Assembly: GCA_034780895.1 (NCBI GenBank)
Contig: JAUZTB010000127.1
Span: forward strand, 66,317,231-66,381,230
Direction: 5' to 3'
DNA length: 64,000 nt
DNA from: Rhynchobatus australiae
Lineage: Eukaryota
Made by a program: the position numbers and the translations under genes. Each line of letters begins with the position of its first letter. Position 1 is the stretch's first letter. The notes under the pieces are model-generated. The model was not told the DNA's origin. It made no database searches and saw only the letters and a program-made list of their open reading frames with translations. This document shows positions 23,587 through 37,823 of the stretch, one piece after another.

Positions 23587-24842
23587 TTTAGATTCTAGGT
23601 GAAAGAACAAAGAGGACAGTCAAATGTGCTCCAAACTAGATGGCCATAATCTCATACAGATATGTGTCTTGTTTTAAACTTGAAGAGGATTTGATTGCAA
23701 AGCCATAGGGTGTTCTGATACAGATCAGTCTGCAACAGCCTTTCCAAAATAGGTGAATACCCAATAGCTCCTTGACAGGATCAATGATAATTTGATATTG
23801 GTGATTATGCCTCTCCATGAGGCTTTTCAGTCATTGAAATCGGGCACGAGTGTCTTTATAGGATTGTAGGATTTTCATCTTGCCTTCGTGTTTTGGAGGT
23901 TGAGGAGAGTGTTCTTCTGGTCACTGTGCAATGGAATTGTAGTGTTTGCATTGTTCATATTTGAGGAAGGCTCTGATATGTGAAGGCTGGTTATGTGCTA
24001 GGATAAAAATACAATTTACAATGATATTTGAATGTCCTGTTGCATAAGTGTTGTAGATCAAGAAAAAAAGTACAACTGCTAGTGAAATAACACTGGTGTT
24101 CAGCTGCAGATAAATCAAAGATATTTCTGTGGTTTGGCGGATCCAAGGATGGGAGCTGCTTAAGGCTTGCACCTGAAGAATGGCCGCTTGGGTCGAGCAT
24201 CAAAGTGCCTAACCTGTGCAATCACATTCCAACTCGCAGTGACCAATGTCATGTTGGATTGAGTAGTTTGTTCTTCTTTTTAATATAATGTATGCCACAA
24301 ATAATTTGATTTCCTTTCAAGTTCAGATCTACCATTCTAATTCTTGCTGTTCATAAAATATTGAGGTGCTGTGTATCTATTCTTTCCATTCCAGCAAGTA
24401 TCTTTACCACATCAGTCTATCATGGAGTGCTTTCATTACTGCGATATGTACAGTGGTTTGATGTGTTACAGATGAAATTTACTTTCTGCCTGTACTTGTT
24501 TGAAGTTTACAAAGATTCGTGCTAATCATAGTATTGCTTGTGTAGCAGATCTTCTGACTAAAATCAATGTGACCCTGCCATTGCAACACCATTTGGAGCA
24601 TTTCATATAGAAGGTAATTTGTTTCAGAGTAAATTTTTGGTAAACTCATCTAGGTTGAACAGATCTGACAACACAACTGGGGTCAAGAGAGGTATTGGCT
24701 GAGATAAGTTGAATCTGTTTAAGTGATTGGCCGTGTAAAGATGAGGAATTTTTTTTAAAGTGAAGAATAAATTCTTGAGGGACTCAAGAATTATGGTGTG
24801 GGTGCATGAAGGCCATTGCAGTGAATCTCTCACTTTGGATGG

Positions 24843-25232
24843 GTGTCACGGGTTTGGGCTACTACCTCGCAGCTCCAGTGATCTGGGTTCAGTCCTGACC
24901 TCTGGTACTGTCTGTGTGGTGTCTGCATATTTCTCCAGTGCTCCCATTTCCTCCCNNNNNNNNNNNNNNNNNNNNNNNNNNNNNNNNNNNNNNNNNNNNN
25001 NNNNNNNNNNNNNNNNNNNNNNNNNNNNNNNNNNNNNNNNNNNNNNNNNNNNNNNTCCCATTTCCTCCCATATCCCAAAAATGTGCTGATTGGAAGGTTA
25101 ATTTGCAACTGTAAATTATCCCAAGTGTAGTTGGAAGGAGAATCAGAATGAGAGAGAATAGGTCACAGGGAAAATGAGCTTGGAAATGGGATTACTTCAG
25201 AAGCCAGGATTGGCTTGATATGCTGTCATAAG
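24843..25232 (+). mobile_element. HE1/V-SINE spanning a 100-N gap
   Basis: CAGCTCCAGTGATCTGGGTTCAGTCCTGACCTCTGG...TTTCCTCCCATATCCCAAAA. Confidence 0.8.
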
Positions 25233-25257
25233 GAGTTATTTTCAAAAAATTAGAACT

Positions 25258-26500
25258 TGGAGAGGGCAGTTCTATTCACTCGGGCAGTGGAAAAGAGATG
25301 TTGGTGGAGGGTGGTGTGACAAGCTGTGTCAAAGGCTGTGGAGTGGTTGAGGGACCTGATAGAACAATGTGGTCACAAACATGGGGAATGTCATTTGTGA
25401 TTATTTTTTCTTCAAATGTGGGTCATTTTCATGATGGCGCAGTGTTGAGGCTGAAACATCAGGTTGCAGGAAAGTTGGGTTTGGATTGGGAGACCTCAAT
25501 ATATTCAAGAATTGCGATGAAGAAAGTTGAGGGGAAGAGGCTATCTGCAATGCCAGATGAGTCAAATGTTTTGTTTTGAGGAAGTAGTGATAATAATGGA
25601 TTTGAAAGGAGGTAGAACCTTGGATGGGGGGCGGGGGGGAGTTGGTGATGGTAGACATTGGACAGGAAGCTAAATTGAGTGGTTAGTAAGAATGAGGGTG
25701 CTGGTGGGCCTCTGAGATGGAGTTTATGAAGAGTATGAGGAAGGTTGTGAGAGAATCCCAAGGAACAGGATGGGTTTTAGGGCTGGAACATGAGATAACC
25801 TGAAGGAAGCATGGCTTGGTGATTGAGGAGATGTGGCAGAGACAGTGGAGTTATGACAGTGAAATCATCTGTTCCTTGTAGTTATTGTAGATGGATGGCG
25901 CAGGGAGGAAGATTTAAACTCCTGGTAGTGGAGCAAAGAAGTCTGCATTATCATGCAGTCCAAGATGATCCTTGGGCACGGCCCAACGAAGCTACTGGGG
26001 AGGATAGGTGACATGTAATTCAGTAGTAGTAGAGGAAAGTGGGAGGGGTTATGTGGTGAGGGGTGTCTAGAAGTGATCAGAGATGGCCTCATTGGAATTG
26101 ACAATTGGAATGAAAAGGCTTTGTGCAGTTGCATGGTAGTTGTGAATAAAGATTCCCATTTGGTGGGGGAGGTTAAAGGGAGAAAGGAGAATTGAAGTTA
26201 GACAAGAGGCATTATGGTGAGTTGATTTTTGGAATAACAAACGATGAGAGGTGACTCACTGTAGAAGGACAGGAATGAATATCTGAGTAACAGCTCAGGT
26301 AAGCAGCAGACAGTGAGGACTTTAAAAGGCAATTGAGAGGGGTGACTAAGGGGCAATGCTCAAAGGAGATGAAGCTATTAGATCAAAATGAGGTTTGGCA
26401 TTTGGTAATTAGTGTCAGCCTATATCACCTGGCTGGTTTTTGCAAAGCAAGTAATGCTTGCTGTAGTCGAGTGGGAGAGCTTTGAGGGGAAAAATATTGT
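25258..26500 (-). mobile_element. L2-clade LINE ORF2 fragment, decayed
   Basis: Purine-rich plus strand; minus strand gives ITNDI and LNHSTAFDTACHTTL, similar to L2 VTND...LDLSAAFDTVDH. Right boundary uncertain. Confidence 0.65.
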
Positions 26501-26514
26501 CATCTGTAAGCCAA

Positions 26515-26662
26515 TTCTTGAGGCAGCATCTCCTATTGGATACTAATGGTGGGGAGGGATGTGCCTGTGATGTATTGGGAAGAGGCCACCACTCTCTGCA
26601 GCTTCTTGTATTCCTGTGCATTCAAATTGCTGTACCGGACCACAGTGCAATCAGTCAGGACT
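26515..26662 (-). mobile_element. Rex-Babar LINE internal fragment
   Basis: VLTDCTVVRYSNLNAQEYKKLQRVVASSQYITGTSLPTI, homologous to ORF 20498-20899. Confidence 0.8.
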
Positions 26663-28959
26663 TGGCCAAGGTCAAGAATGAAGACAAAGCAGTAAAAAGG
26701 AGAGGAATGGTAAAAGACTGAGAGAAATTTGGTCAGAATCTGGGATGCAAAATACCTTGAAGGAGAAAAGTGGAAATATGTCTGGATGACAACATGAGGA
26801 GAGCCCAAGAGGGGTACAGAGGAGAAACAAACTTGAAATATTGGCTTGGGTCTGAGAAGCAGCCAACGTGAACATACAACTTAAGACTCCTGATTGTCTC
26901 CTCCCCATTCTCCATTTATTCTCAAGTGAAAGAATCTAGTGACTGGAGCATGCACAAACCAGTGACCAAGTTTAGAGAAAGATGTGTTCAGGTTAAATAT
27001 TTCTGGAGTACTTTCACGTTTTATTGTAGAGCTATTTGGAAAAAAAAAGTAAGCATAATTGCATTTAAAATTAAATGTGTTTCTGATGGTGAGCTTTTGT
27101 TAATTTCTGAATACTCTAATTTGTGCTGTACTGTTATTCCTCAGGAGGCACAGTTCTTCACCAGATTGGACATATCTCAACATAGAACATTGCTCAGCAA
27201 ATTCTTCATTGTTCTATTTAACCACTTTGGTTCCTAAACCAGAATTAAGCTCTTCAATTTAGTGTTTTGAATGGAATGTTTACTTATAACTGGAAAATAG
27301 CCTTCTCCTCTTGTATTGTTATTATTAAGCCATGGGACAGTAGGTTGGCTTTTGTTTTTCCAACAGTTTTATTTGAGCCAAAGTATATATAAAAGTACAT
27401 GGAGATTAAAAGAAAGAGGTATGCCACTAGTCTGCATTAGTGTTTGCTCTTAATGCAAACATGGCCGCCTTTTGATTATTTGGTATGGAAGAAAAACTAT
27501 ACTTGTCTTATGCCCTGAGAAACACCTTGGGTCTGTTCACAGAAACATAACAGTTTCAAATGAAATAACAAAGCATTTGAGGAGTTGTGCTCTTTATCAG
27601 TGGAATAGATTTCTGATCTCTCAAGGGTTGTAAACACAATTGGAGTCGGACTGAAAGTCTGCTATCAATCATGGTATTCGGTAGTGTATTGATTCAGAGT
27701 TTGCCTTTTTTTTCCCCCCCCCCTCTTTGCTTAGTCTAAAGTACATTCACACACATTCTAAGTAATGATAATAAATTTGGATTGCATGCTCCATGTGCAT
27801 TGATACATTATGGCTCCTTTTATGAAGGTGCTTGCAATAGAATTAATGTGAATCAGTGGTGAAACAGCCAGGTTGGCTTTGATTTATCAGTGTAGTAGCT
27901 GGGGTTTCCTGGAGAAGGATGACATGAATGCTGGTGTGCAGTCAGCAATGAGGTAGCGAGTTGAAATAGAAAATGGTGGAATGAGGATGTATGGAGATAG
28001 AGACCCTGGATCCCAGTAGACACATTGATGGGAATTGTAGCTTTTCATGGGCAGTAAGTGGATAGCTGTACTGTTTGTGTTGGGTGAATCTTCAAGAATG
28101 GACCCTGGATATTTTCTTGAGTTTTGATCAGTGGCTAAAGATAAGTCATTCTGGTTGTTGTTTGTTGTATGTATTTCAGTCACATATTATGTGAATCATG
28201 GAGTTTGGGGGTGATGTCACCACTGTTGACTCTGCTTCTTCAGGATGGCAGACAGAGGCCCATCTTTGTGCATTGAATAGTGAGTATTATACAGTGCATA
28301 TTATACTGGTATGCTTACTGTTGGGGGTTATCTTCCACAGTTGTTAGTCTGCAAGTAATGGTCCTGCTTCTGTGTTTGGTCTCTGATTTCCTAGAATATT
28401 ATCCGGAGCAATTGGATGTAGAGCTATGACAAAAGGATGCATGGAAAGATGCTCTCCTTCTACCAGATATCTGCATTGAATGGATGTCATCTTTTGGAGA
28501 TTTTGTGAAGTGTGCATACTGGTATAGGTGGCAATAATGGTAATCTGACTCCATACATTCTCCCATAGGTGAATGACCTAGGTCTCTTTTTCTCAGGGCT
28601 TTCTGTCTGATCCTTACAGGAGTATGGTATTCAAGAGTATTTGCAAAGCTTGTTGAAAAGTTGTGAAAAACTTCCAACTTCTTCCAAAGGTGAAGCCTCT
28701 GGATAATTGGTGTTCTATCAGTGTTGCTTTATTTAGAGCTACTAGTCTTGAGGTGGAAATTTTTGACAGATCGTAATCTGGCTGTTTTCAGAACCTAACC
28801 TAATATGGTGATCCTTTTTTCAGTGTAATGCTGGTAATTAACCTGAGGTGAATTCTTTTGGAAACTCCGCTAGATTAGATTGGGAAGAGGGTCGTTCTTT
28901 TAACGAGAGGCTGAAGGAAGTATGGACTCCCATGTTTTATTGACTGCAGTGCCAACAGA

Positions 28960-29464
28960 GTAACACAAAGGTATTGGAGGAACTCAGCAGGACAGACAGC
29001 ATCTATGGAGGGAAACGGACAGTCGACATTCTGAGTCGAGACCCTTCATCTGGACTGGAAAGAAAAGGGGAGATAGCCAGTTTAAAAAGGTGGAAGGAAA
29101 GGGTGGAGCAAGAGTTGGCAGATGATGGGTGGATCCAGGTGATGGGGGTGATGGGCAGATGAGGGAGTGGGGAGAGTAGGAATGATATCAGATGCTAGGA
29201 GTGACGAAGGGCTGAAGATGATAACACCTGATAGGAAAGGACAGTGGATCATGGAATAGAAGGAGGGAGGGTGGGTGGGGAGGGGAATCGGTGGGAGGAC
29301 TGTGTGGTTGACGGGGCTAGGAGGATGGGGAAGGGCACGGTGATGGGGCCAGGAAGAGAAAGAAAAGAGGGGGAAAAGGGAGAGCATTTCCCAGAACTTT
29401 GAGAATTTGACATTCACGTCGCCAGGTGGAGATTGAGCAGGTGGAGTATGAGGTGCTGTTCCTC
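28960..29464 (-). mobile_element. Penelope-like element 3' fragment: GIY-YIG C-terminus, pyrimidine-rich UTR and hammerhead-bearing terminus
   Basis: Minus strand EEQHLILHLLNL, frameshift, PPGDVNVKFSKF, similar to the PLE motif ExxxIxxLxxLxPxGxN; then CAGATGA-AGGGTCTCGACTC-AGAAT-GTCGAC and the family arm. Confidence 0.8.
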
Positions 29465-32400
29465 TCAGAGTGCTCCTGTCTTTCTACTAGTTTAGTCTGA
29501 GGATTGGGATGTGAATCCTCAGACCAAACTAGTGAGTGGGATATGAAGGTGGATGTAGGTTCCATCTTGAGCTTTGGGTTTGCTGGGGTTTACAGGCCAT
29601 GCCTAACACTCTTAGATGTATTCAAGGGGTAGATTTGTCATTCCCTTTTTACTTTGGCTTTATTTTTTTTTGAGCAATGCCTATTGTCCCTTGTCTGCTC
29701 AATACTGTATTGTTATGGTACAAAAAGTATGGAGCTGGCATGAGTGAAATTGCTCACATCTATTAGTATGGGTTGTACAAAATGGTACCCCTTCACCTGT
29801 TGCTGAAGCTTGATCACAAAAAACACTCAATTCAACACTGTTGAATTCTGTCGCCTCAGAGTGTACTCTGCTTCTCAAATTTGGAGAGCAAGTAAATCCA
29901 GCTAAAACTTGCAGGTAATAGTTAATCCAATATTTTCTTAGATGTCATTTGTTTGGTGCATGATCATTGTCTTGTTTCTATCAGACCTGCAGCCTGTTAC
30001 TGAAAGAAAGAGCTACTGAAGATAGTTGGCCATAGCAACAACTAGCACGGGTGAAACCTGCTTGATATTACTAAGTTACATTCCAGTGTAATGTTGTTGA
30101 TTAAACCTTGTAAATGTGATAGATCTCTATAATAAACATTGGCATTAATTGGAAGGAATTTCTGGGCATTCATCTGAAAGAATGTCACCGGCTTCCATCA
30201 TTTTTTTCTCGTGAGCTGCATCCATTTGGATTTCTGGGTATACTATAAAACAGCAGCACAGCTGAGACACACTTCTAGTGACTGATCGCTGGTGGAATTG
30301 CCCTGCCACTGAGGAAAAACGTGGTGGTATTCCGAAAAGTAGATTTGCTGTGAAGTCTTAATACCTGTAAGAGAATGACTCTTACTAATGGTACTTGTTG
30401 GACGTGAACTGTAAAGTTCAGCAGATTAAGTGTACTCTGTCCTTGTTATCCACTGTGTTACTGTCAGAGCATCTGCATACTCGTGAGGTGAGCCCCGGAC
30501 TCCATTTCAATTATTTTTCTGGAGACTCAAGAAGTGGCAATGCCTACTTGTATTCACAGTGTTGGTCCAGAGGGTGGGTTGGACCTGGGGTTGGAGTACT
30601 TGGTATTTCAGCTTGCTTTGTTGTCCATGGGGAGACCATGCTCCATCCCTCACAGAAAATGAGGGTGTAGAGTGATGCAGTAAGAAGAAGATTTGTGATG
30701 TGTACAACAGGAAGTTAAAGGTCCACCTTCACCTTGTTAATGGAGACAGCATAACAAATTGATACCAGTGCTTGACAGCTATTTCTGTTCTGAATCCACA
30801 ACTAAAATAATATCACTGGGGTATTATAAACAAGGCACTGTGATTTTAGCATCAGTGCACATCAAATAATTTTGTTCTGTCCCCATCCTGATTGCTGTCC
30901 TCTCTGCCTACTGTGACCCAATCTGGTCCTGGACAATGCATTTTCCAGTGTGTACAGGGAAGTAATATAATCACTGGTTCAAAATAGTCTTGGTTTCTAC
31001 TGAGGTCTGCATTGGCAGGCCCGTAACTGTAGCATTCATGGAATCCCATGCAACAACCATTTAATAGAACACTATAACTTCTAAGCCTATATTTCTTTAG
31101 TCTTTCCTAACTAAGGTGTCTCATGCTATCATGCAGGACAGAAGTAGGGCATGTGGTCCATTGAGCCTCTGGTAGTTGGAGAAAGACTTGTCTAATTAAT
31201 CTTATTGCTTGCCTCATGCTTCATAACCCAGCAACAGATGTATCATCTTATTAGAATTATCCAGTATCCTTTCTCAAACCTTGACTTTTCCTAGAGTAAG
31301 GCACCCAAAACTAGACATATTCAACCTGTAATTTCCATGGTTTTATTATTATCTCCTCCTATTGTACTTTGTAGCTCTAGTTATTAAATCTTGAATTTTG
31401 CCCTCTATTACAGCTTTTTGTGAGAATGTGTTTATGATAAGATGCTAGCTGTTGTCAACTTAGTTAAGAAGACTTTTTTTTGCAATGCTTCTCTCCAAAT
31501 ACTTGAAATGTGGCCTAATTGCACAGTTCTTTTGATTTAATGGTGTGTTGGAAATAGTACTGTAAATAGTAAATATCTTTGTTCTTTCTGACATACAGAT
31601 GTTTTTCTATCATGTGTATCTCTTCAACAGCAGTATAAAATAACACCAAACTCTGGAGCTGGGTGAAATCTGAAACCAATATAGTTACTTCAATACTTAA
31701 CAGAGCACAGAAAAACCCTACTTTTTCAGCTGCTCACTTGCTGTCGTGTCTGGGCTTGTACATGAAGAATGGTCAGTTGCAGAATGCTGACGTCAGTCCA
31801 ACCTCAACTCCCCAATAATTGAGGCATTCAGGAGAGAAGGGGGAAAAAGACTGTTGTAACTGTAGGACTTTTCAGTTGGATTATACTGTCTGAATTACAT
31901 GATGAAAGACTTTAACATTTATCTAAACTAGCTTTGTTCTATTGAAAATCAAAAAACGGCAGATGCTTTGTTCTATGTTGAATAAGATCAATTATTTTAT
32001 GCATCTGTGTTCAATTCTTTTTGTCTGCAATGACTTGAATTGTGTTGTTACCCTGTCCATTATAAATTCCTGAGTTGCCTATGTGAATTTCCCATGTTAG
32101 TATTCTATTCTACCAGTGTTGTGGTGTTTCACATTTGCGTTCTTTTTTTCCCCCATCGTTGACCTGATCTGCAGGAAAATTCCTAAGCACTGAATGAATG
32201 GGGATGTAGCTAAGTGCACATTTCAATAATATTGCTGCCTTGTCACTTAGTATATAGTTTTACTTCCTCTAAGGTCAGCTTCAAATATTGCTGTTTTTTA
32301 ATTAACCTTCATTTGCTGTCTAGCATTCTGGTAATGGACATTTATGAACTTGATTTTTATTTCCTTGTATCGTGAGAAAGGAAGAATCACCTAGCCACTG

Positions 32401-34103
32401 AATGAAGAAAATGTTTGAGTAAGTTGGAAATTTTCCTCTCCCTTCCTTCAATACAGGAATGACAGCTAGTTTAGTCTAGAAAACTTATCGGAAGAGACCA
32501 ATGGATAAGTTCAATCAGATGTCACCAATTTGTAGAAAATTGGCTTTGATGGAGCCAGTCATCTACTTGATGTGCTGGGGTATTAACTAATTTCTGAAAT
32601 ACTGTGGTTCAATTGTACTTTGTATTGACCTTTTTTGCCATTGCAGTTAACTTGAAACAGCTGCATTGTGTGTTCTTAGAATTTTCTGCTGTTGCTGGGA
32701 ATGCAGTAGATCTTCAAACACAGGAAAGGTGGAGGTTTGGATTATTTCTTTGGACCTTACTACTAAGTTCCAAGGAATGGCCTTGTCATACCATGATTGT
32801 TTGAAATTTCCATCTTGTACCCCATAGTTTTCCAAGTGGTTTTGTTGTATATGGAATCATACTGACAAATGGTGATGACTGAGTAGTTCTCTGGCTCTAC
32901 ATTGCATTTGGAATGTATGGAAAGGAGGAATTTGAAAACTTGAAAAAATTTTATTTGAACTTAATTGTTGCAGATAAAAAAGCAATTTCTGTAATAAAGC
33001 TATCAATTAAAGCTGCAGTGTGCATCTCATTGTCATGGGTGTTCATGCCAATATAAATATGTGGTGAGTCGTCCTGGATCTGGTTTTAAGTTGTATAAAA
33101 CTGCAAATATTATGCTTATAAAAAGGAGTTGGGGTTAACAATCTGTGGCACAAAGATTATTTGATATTAAGCATGCATATCGGAAGTAGGTTTTAAGGTT
33201 GCACTTGTGAAAACATGGCTATTTTGTTTAACTGCTGTTGTATCAAAATTCTCTGGAATAGGTTAGTTTAATTGCGCAATATGGTTCTTGTCCAATGCAC
33301 TAATCGGGGCTTGGGCTTGAGATTTTGTATGAAGTTTGATTGGGATGCATAGNNNNNNNNNNNNNNNNNNNNNNNNNNNNNNNNNNNNNNNNNNNNNNCT
33401 TGTTGCCACTATTGAATTTGGATCTTTTGATTATAATAGCAACCTCTCCATGAACAGTGCCAAAGCTGTCTGAAAACTGGTTTCAGATGATCTGAGTATT
33501 TGCAACTACCCGTGCAACTAGATAGATGTTTAAGAATCTCCTAAGCGTGATGTATAATTTCTGGTCATCCAAGGCAAAACTCCAAAAAGATACCCATTCT
33601 CAGAAAAAAAGTTTTTGGTACTGTTTACTGAATTACTATTCTCATTTGTGCTGTAGCTTCAGACTATTCTAGTAAGGTCTAGTTAATCTGAAAGAAATGT
33701 TATAAGCCTCAAATTTGTCAGTCTCCTTGGACAGCACCATTGTGTGAATCTGGGACATAAAGGTTAATCCTGTTGACAATTGGAGTGGGTGAGGTGAAGC
33801 GCAGGCTAGTGTGCAGTGATATGATGTAGATGGGATGAATGGACTGCTTTTACACCTGCAGATCAGATGAGCACAGTTGAGTGGGACTAACTTTCTGAAA
33901 TATTGCTACCGTGCTGCTCAATCCAGGTATTGACTCCATCATAGTCGATTTGAAAGGCAATAAAATTTAGTTAGGAGGTAGCTCATTTCATAGGCTGAGT
34001 ATAGTTGAAGTGTACCAATTACCATGTTCACGTTTGTGGTCTTCAGTGAGAAAACCTCTCTAGAACTCTGTACAAGTAGACTTGCATGTTGCTATACTTC
34101 CAC

Positions 34104-34712
34104 AGAATCACAAAATGGTCACAGCATACAAGGAGGTAATTTGGCCCTGTACTGCCTCTATATAAGAGCAATCCAGCTCCTACCACTCCTCAACTGTCTC
34201 CCCATAGCACTACAAATACTTTGTCAAATATTGATCCAGCTCTCTTTTGAATGGTACAATGGTATTTGCCTCCTCCTCTTGGCACTATATTCCATGCCTC
34301 AAATTCGAAATGCACCCCCCTGCCCTTTATATCAGGGATATGAGAGCTCTGTGTACCAAAATGTTCATGCATTGTTACTTCAATTGGCTTAAAAACTCAG
34401 ATTCTTTTGCTAGTCCCTACATTCTGTCCTTTGTTCTTTATACTTCCAGCAGTGAGAATAGTTTGTCTCCATTTACTCAGTTTATGCCCTTCGTGCTTTG
34501 AATACCTCTTACTAGTGTTCTTGCAATCTCCTCTATCCTAAGGACTGTAGTTCCTCTAGCCTATCTACATAACCAAAGCAATCTCTGGAATCATTTTTGT
34601 AAAGCTCTTCTGTATCCTCTCCAAAATCTAAGGTATGTTGCCCAGAACTTTTCAGAATACTTTAGTTGTGGCCAAACCATTATTTTATAAAGGTTCATCA
34701 TGGCTTCCTTGG
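34104..34712 (-). mobile_element. CR1 LINE 3' fragment, decayed
   Basis: Tail CAGAATCACAAAATGGTCACAGCATACAAGGAGGTAATTTGGCCC and ORF2-end remnants (GTTGCCCAGAAC...AGAATACT). Confidence 0.7.
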
Positions 34713-34959
34713 GTTTCATTGACTTCAATGTAAGCAACTATAGCAGCCTTCTAGCTCCAGCTCTGCCCTACAAACAGCTGAGAGATAAATAATCAATCTT
34801 ACCTCTGGTAAACCAACTCTGGAGTGATCCAGTTTGTAGATCGACTATAATATCCTGTAGAGTAGAGTTTCTTGAACTACAGAGCTTTCTTGGGTTTGAA
34901 TATTATGGAAGATTGTGTGGTTAACTGATGATATGGGACTTGCATCAGGTGGTATAGAC

Positions 34960-35212
34960 AATATTTCTCAAACCTGTAAACTCCTACCACCTAGAACAAG
35001 GGAGCAACTGCATGGAAAAGCTATCACCTCAGTTATCCTCCAAGTTGCACCCTGTCCTGTCTTGTAAATATTTTTCTGTTCCTTCATTGTGGCTGGGTCA
35101 AGTCCTGAACTTCCCTACCTCTCAGCCATGACCAGCACCACCTGCTCGGGCAGTTGTACATGGACAACAAATGCTGGTCTTGACAGCAACATCCATGTTG
35201 CATAAATGAATT
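34960..35212 (+). mobile_element. LINE 3' end (CR1/L2 group)
   Basis: CTACCACCTAGAACAAGGGAGCA...GTTCCTTCATTGTGGCTGGGTCAAGTCCTGAAC...GACAACAAATGCTGGTCTTGACAGC; tail similar to the SINE at 16312. Confidence 0.65.
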
Positions 35213-35744
35213 TATCTTCTGACCTGTGTCCAAGTGTGTGACTGAGTTCAGATGATACATTGTTATCTGCATAATCAGCTGTGTGAAGATCGTCCATAAT
35301 TGTAATACCAAAATTTGTGAAGATTGCTTTCATCTCCTTGCAAGGAAAACAGTATTGTAAATCAAACTAAGCTATTGGGTTAAGTTTTATCCTCCTATGG
35401 ATCTTGTATCGCTGCTGATTTGCAGTAAAACTCCAATTTGAAGCTGTTTGGAAATCCTGATGCTGTTTCCCTCATTCCCTTTAAACTTCACTGTAAAATG
35501 TATTGTTCTATTTTGTAATATCTTGAAGTGAACTAAAAGTGCTGGGGTAATAATAGACTAACATCCAGAAGTCCAGAAAATGCACTCATTCACCCCAGCC
35601 AAAGGTCCAAGCATGCTAGATTGAGTTTTACTGTGTTTTGTATACTCAGTTGGTGAATAAATTGATTAATCTTTGGAAAATTAATGCTTGCATCGCAACT
35701 TGTGTGAAGCCCTCCAAAAATGAGGGCAGAATTGTGTTCTATTG

Positions 35745-36030
35745 ATAAGATTTTTTATTAGTCACGTGTACATCGTAACACACAGTGAAATGCATCTTTT
35801 GTGTAGTGTTCTGGGGACAGCCCGCAAGTGTCGCCATGCTTCCGGCGCCCGCATAGTATGCCCATAACTTCCTAACCTGTATGTCCTCGGAATGTAGGAC
35901 AAACCGGAGTGCCCAGAGGAAACCCACGGAGACACACAGGGAGAAGGTACAAACTCCTTACAGACAGTGGCCAGAATTGAACCTGGGTCGCTGGCACTGT
36001 AAAGAGTGATGCTAACCGCTACACTACTGT
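35745..36030 (-). mobile_element. HE1/V-SINE with Rex-Babar-like tail, CpG-rich and relatively young
   Basis: Colinear with 15893-16184 over its full length. Confidence 0.92.
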
Positions 36031-37714
36031 GAGCAAAAGAAATAATATCACAAATTGAGTGCTCCAGAGATTTCCAAAATGCTGGAATTTCACTCTGGGT
36101 ACAGTCCTGAAATCTTCCTCCTATGCAGTAGCATTTCCAAGTTGTAGAAACATTTCTTTTCAGCCATTGGTCCAGATCTCCTTGCATGGCCTAGAGCCTT
36201 GGTTTGAGGAAGCTCCTCAATGTTTTGTTAATATTAAATGAGTTGTTGCTGAAACCACATTACCTGGCATAATGTGTGTGCATTTATGGAAACAGTTTTA
36301 AATTGTGGCTCAAATGATAGTCATAACACCTACTTTAGATACGAGTCTTTGATGAGTTTTTAGATTTTTAGAAATCATTGCTGGAGCCAAAATGCCATTT
36401 GGTGTTGTTAAGGTGAGATGGACCTTGAATCAATATCCAATAAATGCTGCTTTGTGTGTTTTTAGAAATCATTATACATTGGAACTGGTATTTCTGAGGG
36501 GAACTCACCCTCCCCCCTGCTCCCCCACCCCACCTCCCAAGTCCCGGCTTTTATATTGGGGATATGAGAGCAGTGTAAGCTCAAATTACTACTGATGGTG
36601 CTAATGCTGAATTCTGCACACTGATAATGTTGGATGTTGGGACACTGCAGAAAACAGTAATGTTTCCCCTGTTGTGGGGAAGTGTCCACCCACTTGGGTT
36701 ACTCTTTTTCCCATATAGGTTGCATTTAACTCTTTTTGTTTTACTATAAAATTGGCACCTGAGCTCTGTGCACTAGGACTCAATGTAGATAAGAATCTCT
36801 AGATCAGGAAGATCAGCAGATTTAGCAGGCAAAACTGCCAGTTTTGTTTTGATAATTGCCAGCAAATTTGCATCACTAGCTGTACCAACTGCTACATGTG
36901 TGCTCCAATGTAGCTGGTGATGCAACCTGTATGAGTCAAAGAGTAACCCAACAAGGAGGCGCTACATGTTCATTGGTCACATGTAAATTGCAGACATCAA
37001 GAGAGCTTGGGTGCAGATTGTTAGAGCTGTACCTTGGGAGCTCCTAAATATGTGCAGATGTCCATTTGCAGTTTTACTTGCTGATCTAGAGATTTTCTTC
37101 TCTACCATAGACCGTTGTACACAGAATTCAGGTGCCAATTTTGAGATGAAATGGAGTTCAGTAATCACAAGCAAATTTGCATCATGAGTTATTAGAGACT
37201 TGAATAGATACTACACATGCTCCACTGTAGCTGGTGATGGGCTGTGAACCTGCAGTGGGGGAAGCTCCAGATGGCTTTGGAAAAGCAGTTCTGGAGACTT
37301 GAAATTGACTGCCCCATCTCAGCATGAGCTGACAGGAAACAGCTAGAGTACTTGTGGGATGACAGTGGTGGGAACACCAAGGCTGACACCCTGAGAGAGC
37401 AGGATGCCATGCTCATCAGAGCTGCAGCCATTACTGGCCATTGCTCCTCCCTGATCCTTATGATCTTCACCCTGTTCCCTGCAGTATAACTTGTGTGTGA
37501 CTACTTTCCCCTGGGGAAATCAGCACCTATGGCACACTACCCACCTGCAGGCCATTTTAGCCTGATCTCTCTCTGCATGCAAATGCTATTCAGTAATACA
37601 CATTCACTGCTGGTGTCTGAGTCGGTGACTGAAAATGTTTATTTTAGAGACTGGGTGTCTTTATTTTCTCTCGTGGTCTTCAGTTGTCTGGCCAGATTTT
37701 GATTAACTAAGATC

Positions 37715-37823
37715 ACCTAGGCATAGAAAGCTGTGGGCCATTTACTGGAAGATGGGATGCCTACAGGTCAGCATGAATGTGATGGGCTGAATGGACTGTT
37801 TCCATACTGTATGACTATGACTC
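37715..37823 (+). mobile_element. CR1 LINE 3' tail
   Basis: GGTCAGCATGAATGTGATGGGCTGAATGGACTGTTTCCATACTGTATGACTATGACTCT. Confidence 0.75.

Noticed and set aside
27880-28700. Possible additional decayed LINE fragments (KYPGSILED, LEVFHN)
   Set aside because: Similarity is too weak to assign by eye.
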